DNA of 63,280 nucleotides, filler included, from Sphacelaria rigidula (Eukaryota): NCBI GenBank assembly GCA_964200075.2. It is 2 parts of 2 records of this genome, joined end to end, with 100 filler letters (N's around TTAATTAATTAA, not from the genome) between each part and the next. Parts side by side here need not be neighbours in the genome. Positions count along the whole stretch, not along the records: positions 31,752 to 63,280 come from CAXNAA020000048.1; 1 more part is not named here. One strand, 5' to 3'. Shown piece by piece: positions 45,101 to 58,700 of this stretch (position 1 is its first letter; each line of letters starts with the position of its first letter). The notes under the pieces were generated by a model. It saw only the letters and a program-made list of their open reading frames with translations, ran no database searches and was not told where the DNA came from. The position numbers and the translations under genes were made by a program.

Positions 45101-48100
45101 CAATCTCTGGCTTGCACCCTGGCAAGTTCACTGTACCAACACCCCCTAACAAATATGTCGTGCGATTGACACCAGGTTCTGATCGAAACTATTGAAGTGA
45201 TCGGCGAGGTGGATGTTGCGTACACCCACGAGACCTCCTCCGACGACTACATCTATGATATCTGGTTCAAGGTAAGTGATGGTCCCTGGTCATTTTCGTC
45301 AAACGCATTTCATGGTTGGGTCTCGTGTATACGCCAGCTGATCCAGTGTTCTCACTGGTGAGTATGTCTCTAGGAGATTGTGTCGAACTCCGGCAGTGAG
45401 CGTGCATGTATGCTGTCTGGTGCGATGAATCCCACCCATTCCCGCCGATCTTGCTCGTGAGAACTGCTGCTCACAGAGCTGTTTCGGTGACACCTTGAGT
45501 TGAATGCCGGATCTACTTTTCAAGGCTCACTATATTTCATGTGTTCATATGTGCGAGTATGTTCACTATTATCGAGGGGAACTGGTGGTAATCTACTTCG
45601 GTGTGCGCCGATATTTTCGTCGTAGAACGTGCTGCATTAGAGACGTCATTAAGGTCGCATTCTCGAAATAAACTAACTATACCCAGTCCAGTGGATGCCG
45701 TATACTATTCAAGTTTTGCCGCGATACCCCCCTTGTCAAACTAGCCCCAAACCTGTCGCGAAGAAAATGGTCACACAGCTTATGATAGCTGGATTCAGAC
45801 TCCATGATGCGCCTCATATGTGCGACAGTGGTGAAAACGATCCCAAGCGTAGTAGCCTCCAGCTGCTAGATATGCTCGGCTTTTATCATTTTGATTCGCA
45901 CGTAGGTTTTCCTCCTCAAACTAGCCACTTTTTGGAGGGGTGCTATCGCGGTATCCCTCGTTCGTGGTGTTCTCGCGACACCTTTATCGTCCGCAGTGGT
46001 ACCACTGTGACGACCACGCGTGACGTCCTGATCGCTAGTCCTTCATCATGTTCTGTAGTCTCGCACGACGCTATCTCGACAGCCTCGGTGCTACTGATAA
46101 CGCCCTCGTTCTCGCTGAAACATTGCTCATCTCTAGCACCGTATTGGACGACAAAAATGTGTCTGATACATGTCCGCACCATCGTGCGTTGTTGAAGGGG
46201 CGAACGGTATTCTGATTCGGCCACGCTACCACCCGTAAAGGAAACCAACAAGCATGAAACTGCAGCCGTTGCAACTTCAGTCACTTGCCTCTCAACACCG
46301 GCACGTTAAAAATGCGCGACGAGGATACCTAGGTATGACCATCACTTATCAGAACTACTTGATATATAAGTACCCTCACAATACGCAGTATATTGTATCA
46401 GAGCACCAACGATCGTATCAGGTCGAACGCATTCGGAGGGATTGCATTTCGTGAAATCTGTGGGATACAACAGCTTGTACATCAACATAATAGATCAGGC
46501 CTTGAGCCTCGAGTTCTCGCTATATTTGTTTTTTCTTTGTACAGAACCTGCTAGGCGACCTGCCCATGCTTTCTTACTCCAACGACACCCTGGATCCCCT
46601 TTTGCCGGGACAAATCAATATCACCGAGACATCAGCGGGGGTTGCCGAAGTGCAGAAGGTGGTCGTATCCTCTGACGCCCGTTTCATCAGAGAGATCCAG
46701 AGGTAGGAGCCCGCATTAGCTAACCTTGTTGAAAATCAACTCGTTCCCTTGAGTGATATTCTACACGAACGCCTACGCCCAGTACTGGCACTGTTACTTT
46801 GTGATCGTGTTTGAAGTGTCTACCTGGCCACGTGGTCACCTACGTTTGGCGGGAAATAATTTTTCTTGACATGGGTGTTGACTGTCTCTTTTACCTCCAT
46901 TTTGCACCCCAAATGTACCAGGGAATATGACCATGAAGTACACCAGACTCTTAATGAGCTTCCCGTGCTTTCGTGTTAGTAAGCAGAGTACGCCTCCCCA
47001 CGTTGCCTCAAAGTTACTTCTCACTCACCCGACCCTCCCATCGTCGAGCTGCATTGCCTTGCTTCGCATCGGTACATGCCCCAGCAGTTGATCTTTCTCG
47101 CGCGCAGGGTTTGAAAGTTCTTTTTCGACGTGTTGTTCCCGATCCGGTGTTCAACGCATCCAGAGATGTTTGCTGGTACCCGCTGATCCCTAAATGAGCG
47201 TTTGTTGTGCGATCCGATATTGTCTGGCAATCTGTATGCCTGGCCCCTTGGTGTTGAGCTGCAATGTCTTGTTGTGGGGACCAAAACTCGGTACTTATTT
47301 TGTGCCTTTCCCGCCACTGGATCTGGAGCGAGGCAGGCCATACCCACCTCAAAAACGACAATCATTCCACGAAGGTGAACTATTGGCTACAGTGGAACCT
47401 ACTCAAAAAGACTCATGTGCTGTCGTTCGCTGTATCGTCATATTCCACACCCATGACAGAACATAGCGACTTCCCCAAACGTCGCAGAATATTTGGATCT
47501 TCCACCTCAAAGACGGTTTTGGAGCAATCCCTCGGTCCTGTGTTGAATAACAGATGCAACTTGAAGAGGTTGTTTTGTTAGATACTGGTGGAGGTGTACT
47601 GGAGTCCGGGACGATGTTGACTTTTTGCTAGACGCTATAAGAAAGGAGCAGAATTTTTACAAGTGGAAACACAACAATATGTTGGCGAGGGCCTTTTTCG
47701 TCGTATCAACATTCGGCCGATATCCATTTGTTCTGTCTGTCTGCACCTATGAGATTCTATATGAATGTACGCGTACATATGAACACCCAGATGGAACACT
47801 ACATGCACATACACGCAGTATACAGATTCGGCATGCTGGCCTAATGTTACCGTCTCCACTTAGCTAAGCCACGACCCGCTCACTCTGCACTGCTTCTCTC
47901 GCAACCTCCTATGCGAAGCCTTTCGCAAGGTGCTGTAGGGGGTCCGCTCGAGACCGTTACTCGTTCATAGTCCAGCGTTTGTGCCAGCTTACTCTTTTGG
48001 TTTGCCTCTTTTCTGATTTTACCCCCTTCTGTGAGTTTCCTTTTAGCTAACGATATTTGCTTTTCTTAGGTACGGCTATCCTGTGATGACTGCTTGATTA

Positions 48101-51100
48101 GTTGAGGATGTTTGATGAGAGACATGATTCCAATCATTCGGTCGATCCAATCAAGTACATACGTACGCTTTTGGGTATGCCCTTGCCATGTACACAAGAC
48201 GAGCCGGTTATATTCCCAGCGCTTGGCCGCAACACTTCGAGCAGAACATCAGTTACAGGGTTTGTCAGAGTTATGTTAGTTTAGAACGAGCAGCTGAACG
48301 TGGCCGGATCTTATGTCAAGTATAGATACACTTTCCAAACGCTTCTAGCTGTTGCAAATGAGTGGAGAAAAATCAACTTAGACCTTTGTACGACATCGAC
48401 TAATGCAAAACATAGTTATTTTCACAAGAGACTTGTAGAACACGCAGGACGTGTTGCGTTTTGCTGTACGCGCGGTATATATATGTACATGTATAATTTC
48501 ACATTTTTCACCACTTTTGCCGAGTTTTCTCTGGCGACAAGGCGTCTTTTCCCGCGCTTTCTTTTGAAGCGCACTAAGAAGGCTCAGCGGTACGTTACCT
48601 TTCAGGTTCGAGTATCATCTGATACCTGTGGCGCGTGTTCTGACCACCGAAAGTCGCTCAAACTGGTCCTTTTTCGCGGGGTGTCGATCTCGAACTACGA
48701 AAGCCTTAAAAGAAATGAAAAACTTGAAACAGGAGCCCGAACCACAAAAGCCTGTTGAAGATCATTGAAAACTTCAAACAGGATTACTTTTGACCGATAT
48801 TTTTTTCCGTGTTTCTCTTTCTTGCGTTCTCGTTCATTTGGGAGCACGAACACACCGATTATGCCGTCAATGTCACGAGAACATGAGAGCAAAGCAGTTG
48901 AAAATAATTGAACATTGCCTTGGCCTTAGTACCGTGCAATGAGCTTCGGCGAGTTGAACATGGCACAGCACCACGGCAGCACAGGAATGTTTTGCCGCAG
49001 AGAACAATCACCCTATTGTAAAAAAAAGCCGGTGATATGGAAGCTGCAGTGACGTACAAATAACATGCCAAGAATGTTCCACGCATCCCAATTGTTCGGG
49101 AAGTGTCGCCCGGTGTCACGAGGGTTAATCCGCACTCTGGCACCTCGGAAATACCACACATGTCCTACGCCGGCGGTTCCGCCGTCGGCCTCCGTCTGAA
49201 TTCCCATATTTCCGAATGACATCCGATACCACATGCAATGTATGTACAACCACAATCACTACTGTACATTGAAATACAACAGCCTCTTTTAACAATATAT
49301 TTTCGACTTGCGTCACCCCCGAGACGCCCGTACCAATCTCCCGAGGGGGAACCTTGAATATTTATATATATATATGTATATTCTAGGATTATTCGTGCCC
49401 TCCCTCCCGGCCTCAGCCTATGATGCCTTCCTTCACGTTGACATGACTGCAGCCTGACGCTTAGCGCGGACGACACAGCGGTAGCTGTGGAGGGTACCTT
49501 CAACGTAACCCTGTCCGGGGCGAGCAACACCGTGACGGTGCCGTTCGATGCCAACGCTACTGAACTTGAGGTGAGACTCCACTGGTGTAATCCCGAGACA
49601 ATTCACGTCACGTGTGCGCTTCCGCACTCACTCCCAACATCTCGCGACAGCAAATATAGTTACTTTTAGCTTCCCCAAGTAGCTGGGTAATTCAAGTACG
49701 GACTGGAAACCCACCAGAGTCTAGTGTGGAGAATACTGGTCATTTGGCTAGAGAGAGAGAGCATTTTCCATACCATACCGCAGGAGGTGTTCCCGGGACC
49801 GAGATTCCCTTACTGTTGAGTCCTTGGGAGTTGGTGTACGGAACAGCTAAGTATTGACTTTGGGAAATTTACCCTGGAAGACTAGATCGAATATCAGCTA
49901 TATACCTACTGAATAGAGTATCACCACCGTTACGCACTTGTGGACAACGTGGGCAATATAAATCCAACCCAAAAATGACTTCAAAATTAACTCTAGTGCC
50001 ATGTTGCTGTTGCTATTCGGATATGAAAGTTGAATAGCCAAAACTCGAGGAGTTGAGTTGACTGGCGGCTCTGTCCTACCATACGCCCGTCATTCTGGAA
50101 ACGATAGGTTTTGTCAGTGCGCCGTCCAGGGCGATATACATCGCACAAATTCTTAGTGTGGAGGCCTTGTACTGATTCGCTTGCTCGAGGATATTATCGG
50201 CTTGCCACAGCACGATTGTGTCAATCCTAATCGGAGAATCAAACTAATGTTTCAGCATTCAGAATGTCAGAACGATGCTTGGTGGTCGCGAGGAATCCCT
50301 ACACCTGGAGGGTTGCCGGATAGCAGTAAGTTCGTCTGTCGTCAGCTCAGTGTTGTTGCTATTTTTCGAACTACTAGGCCCACCTGGAAGATTTGAGCAA
50401 CGTGCACGATGTGCGGGTTACCGCGGTGGACAAGTCCGGCGGAAACTCAACCACAGACAGCTACATCAACGCTACCCTCTGGACAGTTGTGTTCGTAGAT
50501 CCTGTCGGCGACATACCGGGATTCGAGGTGAGGCCACACGGTACTTTAGTAAGTACTCGTCTCCGGTTCGCTGGATGAATATTCTTAACGTGAGCGATTG
50601 TCTAGGTCAAACTTGCAATTTGGTGCACTTCATAATTACGCTGAACCTACAGTTATTATTATCTGAAGCGAGCATCAAGGTGCTCTATATATCACTCCAA
50701 GGGGCTGAAGGGAGCGCCTCTGTCTGAGGAAACCATTCGCGTCCACCTCAACGTAATAAATGTACACGTGATGACGAGCTAGACACCCAAATTTACTAAA
50801 ATATTGTCTCGCGCAGCGTCGCAACTTAGCGTTCTGACGTCGACTTCGCTGATCATCCACTTATCTTGTGTGCTAATTTCAACTATATTGCATGCGTTTA
50901 GGTGGATGTGTCCGGCCTTTCTGGCACGAATGTGAGAGTGGACGTGGTAGAGGTGGTGAAGGGCGTCAGTCCATTGGAAGGGACCGTGACTCTATCTTAT
51001 CGTGGCACGTACACAGACGACCTGGCCTTCGATGCATCAAAGGAAGAGGTATGATGGAGCCAGACGGGTGTTCATGGGATTAAGACCCGAATTCAATGCC

Positions 51101-54100
51101 ATGTTATACAGCACGATTGTAATGTCGACTTCGTTTATTGTTTTTGACATATTACAAAGGCGGTGTCACAAACTCAGGATCCAAAAAACGTTGCAGCGCT
51201 CTCTACCTTCGCACTACGTTTATACGATACTTTGTCAACCCGTCTCGTCTCTTTCACTTCAAATATCTGCGAGAGTAGCCTCTCTTGCGTCGTGATACTG
51301 TCACGCTCGATAGCGCATGGAGATTGACTAACAAGATCACTCAGTGAAACGAGCACTTCAAGAACCCAGAACCTGTGAATTGAGAACCCCTCCGGGAAAT
51401 ATCAAGCTCCTATTTTCGCTACCCATTCTGAGTGCAGGCATCACTCTCTCCCCCTCTCCAGTACAAGGAGATCGAGTAAAACCAGCGTGACGTTTCTATA
51501 GCTTTTGGTGTTTGTTTGAATTATGTGGTGGGTATGAACCCGCTGCATGATGTACGGTTCATTTGTTTCGGATCAGAGATGGCGTGCGCATACGAACGCA
51601 ATCGATATTTTCGTGCACTGCACCCACCCGTGCAGCACCAAGTCGTTGGCTCCCCACATTCAGGCCACAATGGACCGTACCTAAGTGTGCGCATGTACAC
51701 TTTTGTGGGGAACGGCCATATTCCATAAGGTTCACAAACGCTGGTGCCGGACTGTGGACACTTTACCATGTTGCAAACCCTTTACATGCAGAATGGTTTG
51801 ACACATCTGCAGATGACTTGCCAGCCCGCCTTCGCATACGTTGATTGTACTTCATGTTGATATCTACGCGACATCCCGATGAGAATCCCCGTTCCATGAG
51901 AACTTTACCAGGGAGGTAGCTCAACCGATCGTTTACGTGTGTCTTACAACACACACTATCGACTCTTTGTGCAAGACTGCTGTGACCCCTCCGCCTTTTA
52001 TTATTTGGAGTCTACACGATCCTGAGTGGTTGATTCATCTGCCACGCATAGCACATACAGCATTCAGCTCGCGACGCGATGGTGGCCATAAAGTTCCATG
52101 ATCGATCAGTTTGAAAGGAGTAGTTTGGGACTACAACGGAAGCGTTCCGAGAAGGGAGGGTTTCAAAAGCATTGAGAAGAAGACAGACAATATCTTGAAC
52201 GGTTGATTTATCCGCTGCCCACTGTACAATAACAGATCGTGCTATGCTCTACTGTTGGCACGCCTACTCCGCGATGTATAGTTGTACGAGCAAACCACAA
52301 GTCTGTGTGCCTACAACGTCTGGGGTCTCAAGTGTGACATGTGTTCGAATGAAATGAACACAACAGCAACAAGAGACTCATCAAACGGAAACAACATTTC
52401 CGGTGGACGAACAGGTGAAGGCGGCGGTGGAAGCGCTGGACATGATCTCGACAGTTTCAGTCACCAAACACAACATCGGGACTGGGTTTGAATGGTGAGC
52501 GCTTGTCCAGGTGTTCCTTAGCCCTGGAGTACATGGTAAGGTTTAGATATTTGCAAGGGGGTGCTGGGCAGGGTGCATATCGGGGCGTTTAATGTACCGA
52601 ATTTCGTGTTGCGATGGTCCGATCTCCAACCTCTACCTGAAGATTGGGTAGAGTTAGATATGATCGCAATACTCCACCTAATATCTGGATATTGTTGAGT
52701 ACGCCCTTTCGAAATACTCAACTATAGGAAATCCCCTATCCAACACACCTTGGATGTTTGTGATAAACAAATGGGGCTTCGACAATCGCCAAGAGATTTC
52801 AAGGGAATACCTGAAGGCGTTCCATGATGGGGTGAAAGTATGATCTTTACCTCACAACTAGCGCATCGTGTTTCTTGCTGCACTACTTATGATGCGGCCA
52901 TAGATATTGACCACATACACCGCACATATAATTTAACAATCGCACCTTTTGTCTGTGGGGACTACGTCTGCAGCGCAAAAGTAAGACCGCACTGGTGTTT
53001 CGCACCCAACACCGTCCTTCAGTTTCCATTTTCCGGGACTTCTTGTGCTGGGCCGTGGCTGATACTGTGAGATCCGTCGTCGAAAGCCCCACAAATTTCA
53101 GTGTGCCCAAGACGCATTAAAAACCCGTATGTCCGTTCTCAACCACGTCGCAGCAGTTTGTAGCCTGCGCCTTTCTAGAGCATATCTTAGAATTAATATG
53201 TCAAGATAACCGCAAAGATTTAGCGTCTGACTCTCAGAGTTGGCGCTTGGTTTGACTTATTGCGAGGCAACGTTTCAGAGTTTCTGTTTTGGTCGGTGAT
53301 TCAAATGTGCCCCACTGAATGCGTCTTCCGTCTTTATATACACAACGTGGCTGTTCGTTTGTTTCAGGAATGCGTACGGGTAAGATTTCCAACGATACGG
53401 AGGGGGGCGAAAACATGCATTTCGTTGACATTAACTGGGATATGCGCACTCTGGAATGATGCCCTAGTATCCGCCAGTCTTGTTCAAAAGTCTCACCTTG
53501 CCAGCACCATTATACCTCGAGGATCTACAAGAACAGGGAAGAGGCGTGAGATCGAGAGCGTTCCAAGTGGATAAAAAGAAACAGTTGTAAAACACAGGAG
53601 ATGCTTTCAACCCAGTATGGAATAACTTCGTGTCGGAGAACAAGTTCAGTTGGACAGTCACCACTGAAGAATTGTGAGAACTAGAACTAGTGGCATATTC
53701 GTACCCCTTACAGGCGCAGGCTATCACCACCTAAGGCTAATGTTGATGTATGCTCTTCTGGTGTCGTCTTTGAATTATTATCTTTCCGAATGTTTTTACC
53801 TCGTTTCAAGGTGTAAAAAACGTTAACTAACTTATTTTCGGTTGCGACTGAACTCAAGGTGGGTGACCTTCACGGGAGAGCTGGGGGACCTAGAGCTGAT
53901 ATCAACCTATCCGTACTCCTGGGAGGTTCAGTTGATCACCACCTACGGTGGAAACCCTACTCCCCTCGGCGGCTCCTTTTCGATTGAACTGGGTGGGTTC
54001 TCTTCGGGAGATTTGCCGTACGATGCCTCAGCAGACGGACTGAAAGCGGCTTTGGAGGCTTTACCAGGAGCAGGACGAGTGGACGTTGACAAGACGGTCC

Positions 54101-55659
54101 TCACGGATGGTCGAAGCGAGTGGCTTGTGACGTTCAGGTATAACGCATTTTTTGACGAAAATTGCACAGATTCATTTAGTCAGAGTCAGTTAGGACGTCT
54201 CAGATACCACTAGGTTAAAGCTTAGCCTAGTGGTTATTGATATATCATAGCAAAAGCTAACAGAGGTGAAGCAAGCATACAGTCGAACGTTCGAAGATGC
54301 CAAGTTCTAACCACTTGCACGCCGACGATAATGGGTGGTCGTGGGGAGTAGCTCGAGACCTCCAGGTACGCATGGAGTTGATGCTGTTGTCAGTGACATA
54401 TCCTGACAACAGGTATAGATAGAGAATGCGTACGACAAAACGTATTATATTCGAGGCAATGTTGAGTGAATTTGCAAGGCCGAATTCAACACTAGTGCCG
54501 TCGTCATAGGAATGGTTGTAAAACATTCTGATATCGATCAGTGAGCTCAATCGGGTGACGTTCTTGTATGGTTGGGCATTTAAATTGCGACAACCAACTC
54601 AAATCAAATCAAATCAAGAGTTCTCCACAGCAACGTATCTGAAGCAAGCAAAGCGAGAAATAATTCTGCTTGCTACGACGTTCGTCTTTAAGCAGCCTAG
54701 GTCAAACGTATCTCGTTTATCAGATGCTGTGGATTCGCGCGAGTCTACCATAGAACTGAAACCTACAGATTAATCATGTCCTACTCTGCCCATATCGTGC
54801 TGGATTTGTTCTGGAAATGACTACACAGGGACCTAGTGGGGGACGTGGATCTTATTGTGGTGGATGGGACGGCCCTCTCTGGTACGTCTGCCGCCATCGA
54901 GACAACGGAGGTAAGGATCGACATACGGCATAGAATGCTGGCAAGTACGTGAAGCGCGTTGCATACTGCTGTCCACTTTGACGTATTTGGTACGTACTCT
55001 ATGATAAGTGCTCTCTATAACCCTCAGTGAGTGTTCACCTTGCTCTCATTAGCAACGAATTAGGTCGAAGCCTCTATATCGGGTGCTGCTAGAAATAGTC
55101 CAGTCTATCCGTTGACTCGATCGCAAAATTAATGTTCGTTGGCGGTTCTCGCAAGAACCAGTGTCGATTCGTCTCTTGCAGGCGATAACTGCGTAAAACA
55201 ACATCACTTTTCGGGATTCATCCACATGGATTGTGACTGAATGTTTTGCATGCAGCTTCAACGAATCGGTTGATACTTCGCCAGCTCAAAGACGGGTAAT
55301 GACTCTCTGTGTCACTTCATTGCTTACATGTAGCTGCACCTTCGGGATATACACGTGACAACATCGTGAGTGCCTGATGAAGAAATAAACACGACCTCTT
55401 TCAACAGTATACCGAGGAGGGTCTTGTTTAGTGGACAACTTTTGCGTCCTGCCCCCCCGTTCCCCCCAGATAATTTTGTCGCATCCTCTCCCAGCTTACG
55501 TTGCTGTTTCACCAGGTAACATCACGTTGCCATAGGCTCAAGCTATTGGCCAGTAATATGGATGGTACATAATTGACCCCGGTGATTGATAATGTGGAAA
55601 TGCTCACGAGATACTTCTCCCGATCGCCGTACGGTGCTGCGCTGCCCTGTTCTCGCTGC

Positions 55660-55702
<43 letters not shown>

Positions 55703-58700
55703 TTTGTCGATGCAGATATCTGCCGGTTCTAATTCCTCCTTGACAGGCGAAGCTCCTGTCCTTGTAGTGGAGGAAATGCAAGCCGGTAGGCCGAGTTACA
55801 CGGCCAGCTACAAGCCTCTTGCCACTGGAGCGTATCAGGTAGTTATCGAAAGTGTCGGGACATGGTCTTTGAGAGAATCGAAGCCGAGGGAGAAGCTGGA
55901 GTTACCGCGAGGGCTAGGGTCAGATGGGCGGTTCTACGTGCAGATCGGCTGGTTCGAGTTCAATCCCATCCTTCCCACGTAAACAATCATAATTCATGAC
56001 GGGGACCTCGTATTTCGGTTTGTACGAATGCATGCGGCGACATTGTATCATGCACTCCAGAAAGAGGCTACGGCGAACAGAGTATTTTTCGTGTGCGCAT
56101 ATTCGTACCGGCCGGACAACGCCGCTGGAATTCGTTCAATAGCATGGATGGAAAAAAAGACAGCAGCTGTCCAAAACTATAGAACGATGCCCAATCGGCA
56201 CAGGACTCGAAAGTTGGGTCTAGCATTAGGGACCATTTGCGTGATACTGACAAGGTTATTTGAACAACCGAAATACACAGGTGGGGGTTACACAACTCCT
56301 CCCCGGAGGATTGAGCGCCACATACTGGGACAATCAATGGCTAATAGGGAGCCCGACGGTGCAGCGAGTGGATCCGGAGGTGAGGGGGTGATTCTGGTAA
56401 AAATTGACACATTGTACGTTTGCGTGTATTAAATGTGTTGAGCGCATTAGCGTATTGAAATTACCTTGCTTTGATTCACCATGTTCCCGCCGTGCTTCCC
56501 ATAAGTAATCGAATACCTCCTCTGTCCTACTCAAGGTGAAGTTCTACTGGGGAACCGGCGCCATAACGCCATATGGGCGTGACTACGTGTCCGCGCAGTG
56601 GGTAGGAAAGCTGTTGGGGCCCTCCACGGAAACCTTTACCGTCTATCTCAGGGCAGATGATGCTGCGAGGCTGTACATCGACCATGAGCTTATCATTGAT
56701 ACTTGGGAAGGTAATACTTCAGTGTTTCCAGTAGATGCTTGACTTCGTCGACCGCCTTTTTGAATAAGATTCACCGGTTATCGCACACGTGTTCTCCGCC
56801 CAGCCTTACGCAACGTGTAGTTCACGTGGTGTTCGTGTGGTTTACATGGTATTGGGAATTGTCCTCTTCGACACATGGTGCTGCGAGTCTCATGTGCCCG
56901 TGACGAAGGGCACTTCGCGTACCCTACTGTGTTCGTCGTCGGCTTTATGTATTTTTGAAGGTCGTCGAACCGTGGGAGACCTGGTTTGTGAATGCTGAGG
57001 TTTTCACAACTTGTGTCCGTGTACTCGATATCCGGTTCTACCTCGTGCCGTCTGTGTCGGCAAGGGATTCAAGGAACGAATGCAAAGCATGGATTTGTTT
57101 TCGCACCAGTCCCGTATTCTTCACGTAACGTTTCTGAGGTGGTTAGGGTCGCTGCAATATTTTCCAACAGGATCAATTACCACATATTTTCGATCACTCA
57201 CACGCCGTGCCCTTGGAGCGAGTCAACAGAAAGGTGCTACTTCCTGTTCTTGATATACGAATGATCCCAACTCAGATACGTTGCCTGGGGCGAACGAGTA
57301 TCGAGCATCCGTAGATCTCGTGAACGGAACATTCCACGACCTCCTTCTCGAGTATAAGGAGGAGACGGGGGCTGCCAGCATTCAGGTGTGTCGGCTGGTC
57401 CTGATGAGCTTTACTCTGCTTTGTCATTGTTGTTGACAAATTGTATTATGGGTGGAATGGAGTTGAAAAATGCATGTATGACGCGTCGAGGTTTTGTTTT
57501 CGTAGTTTCTCACCGTTCCCGTTAGTAGTCCTCTGCTCTATCTTGCTTGTCTCCTTCGAGTGAACAACTCGACCTACATTCACCAGCAGCCGTGGTCTGT
57601 CGCTTTTCCTGTTGTCGTATCAACCTCGGTTATACCGCAATCCGTACATGATGTAAAAGTCGTTGAGAGCCCCACAGCTTGTGTACAGTCGTAGCAGCGA
57701 AAATCCAGTCAAGCGCTCTTTTCACGATGTCCCTAAGAAATCCTTACAGTAAAAGCATACTCGACAACCCCCTATCCGTCACATAAAGCCTCTCATTCCC
57801 TGTTCCGTACCCTCTAATCCCGTGGCGCCTACGCCATCCACCGCATTCCTGCAGCTAATGTGGAGCAGCTACAGCACAGCACCTGAGATCATCCCAGCAT
57901 CGGCTCTATTCTACACGGCCCCCATTTCTGGGTCACCGTACGACATTTCTGTTGTCCCGGGCGCCGCCGCTTACCCTTACAGCGATGCGTTTGGGGAAGG
58001 GGTCAGTCAGGCTACCGCTGGAATCCCGGCATCTTTTGTCATCCAGGCTAAGGCGAGGAGATCGATTTCTTGTCTCACGGTTAATGGGACAGTTGGCGCT
58101 GTTGCTTGCTATGTTTCAAAGCCATTCAAAGGGATCGTCATTCATCGGCGAAAGCCAGCATATACTTGCAAACGGAGCGTATTTCACAATAGTATCAACT
58201 AGAATGTCAAAAACAACAATATGCTTTGTATAGACCGTCCCGAGGGAAGAAAGGGGTTGAGTATGATGAACACATGGCGCTCACGACGATTTTTCTTCTT
58301 GAATCTGAAATCAACGTTCGTCGCGATTCTCGCATAGCGTTTTTGTCGGCCATTATTGGCGTTTTTGTCGGCTATTATTGTTTTTGGGGTCCGCAACAAC
58401 AAGACGTTTATCATTCCCAACCTTTTGCAGGATGCGTGGGGAAACAACGAGACTAGAGACGTCGCCGAGCAAGAGGCAGGTGCATTCCAGGTGTGGGTGG
58501 TAGTCAAGTAGGTCAGGCACTCAAATCCGTCTGGTACGGTATCTGGTATTGAAGCCACCTTGAGTAGAGCTGAATATCCATAACTGAAACCGATGAACAG
58601 CCCATTTCTAACAGCTTCATATTGGGCAAGACTCTAAGCGGGGATGACCAGGAGGCATGGACTTTACCAACGCCAACGATGTGTTCGTGGCCGCGTGAAA

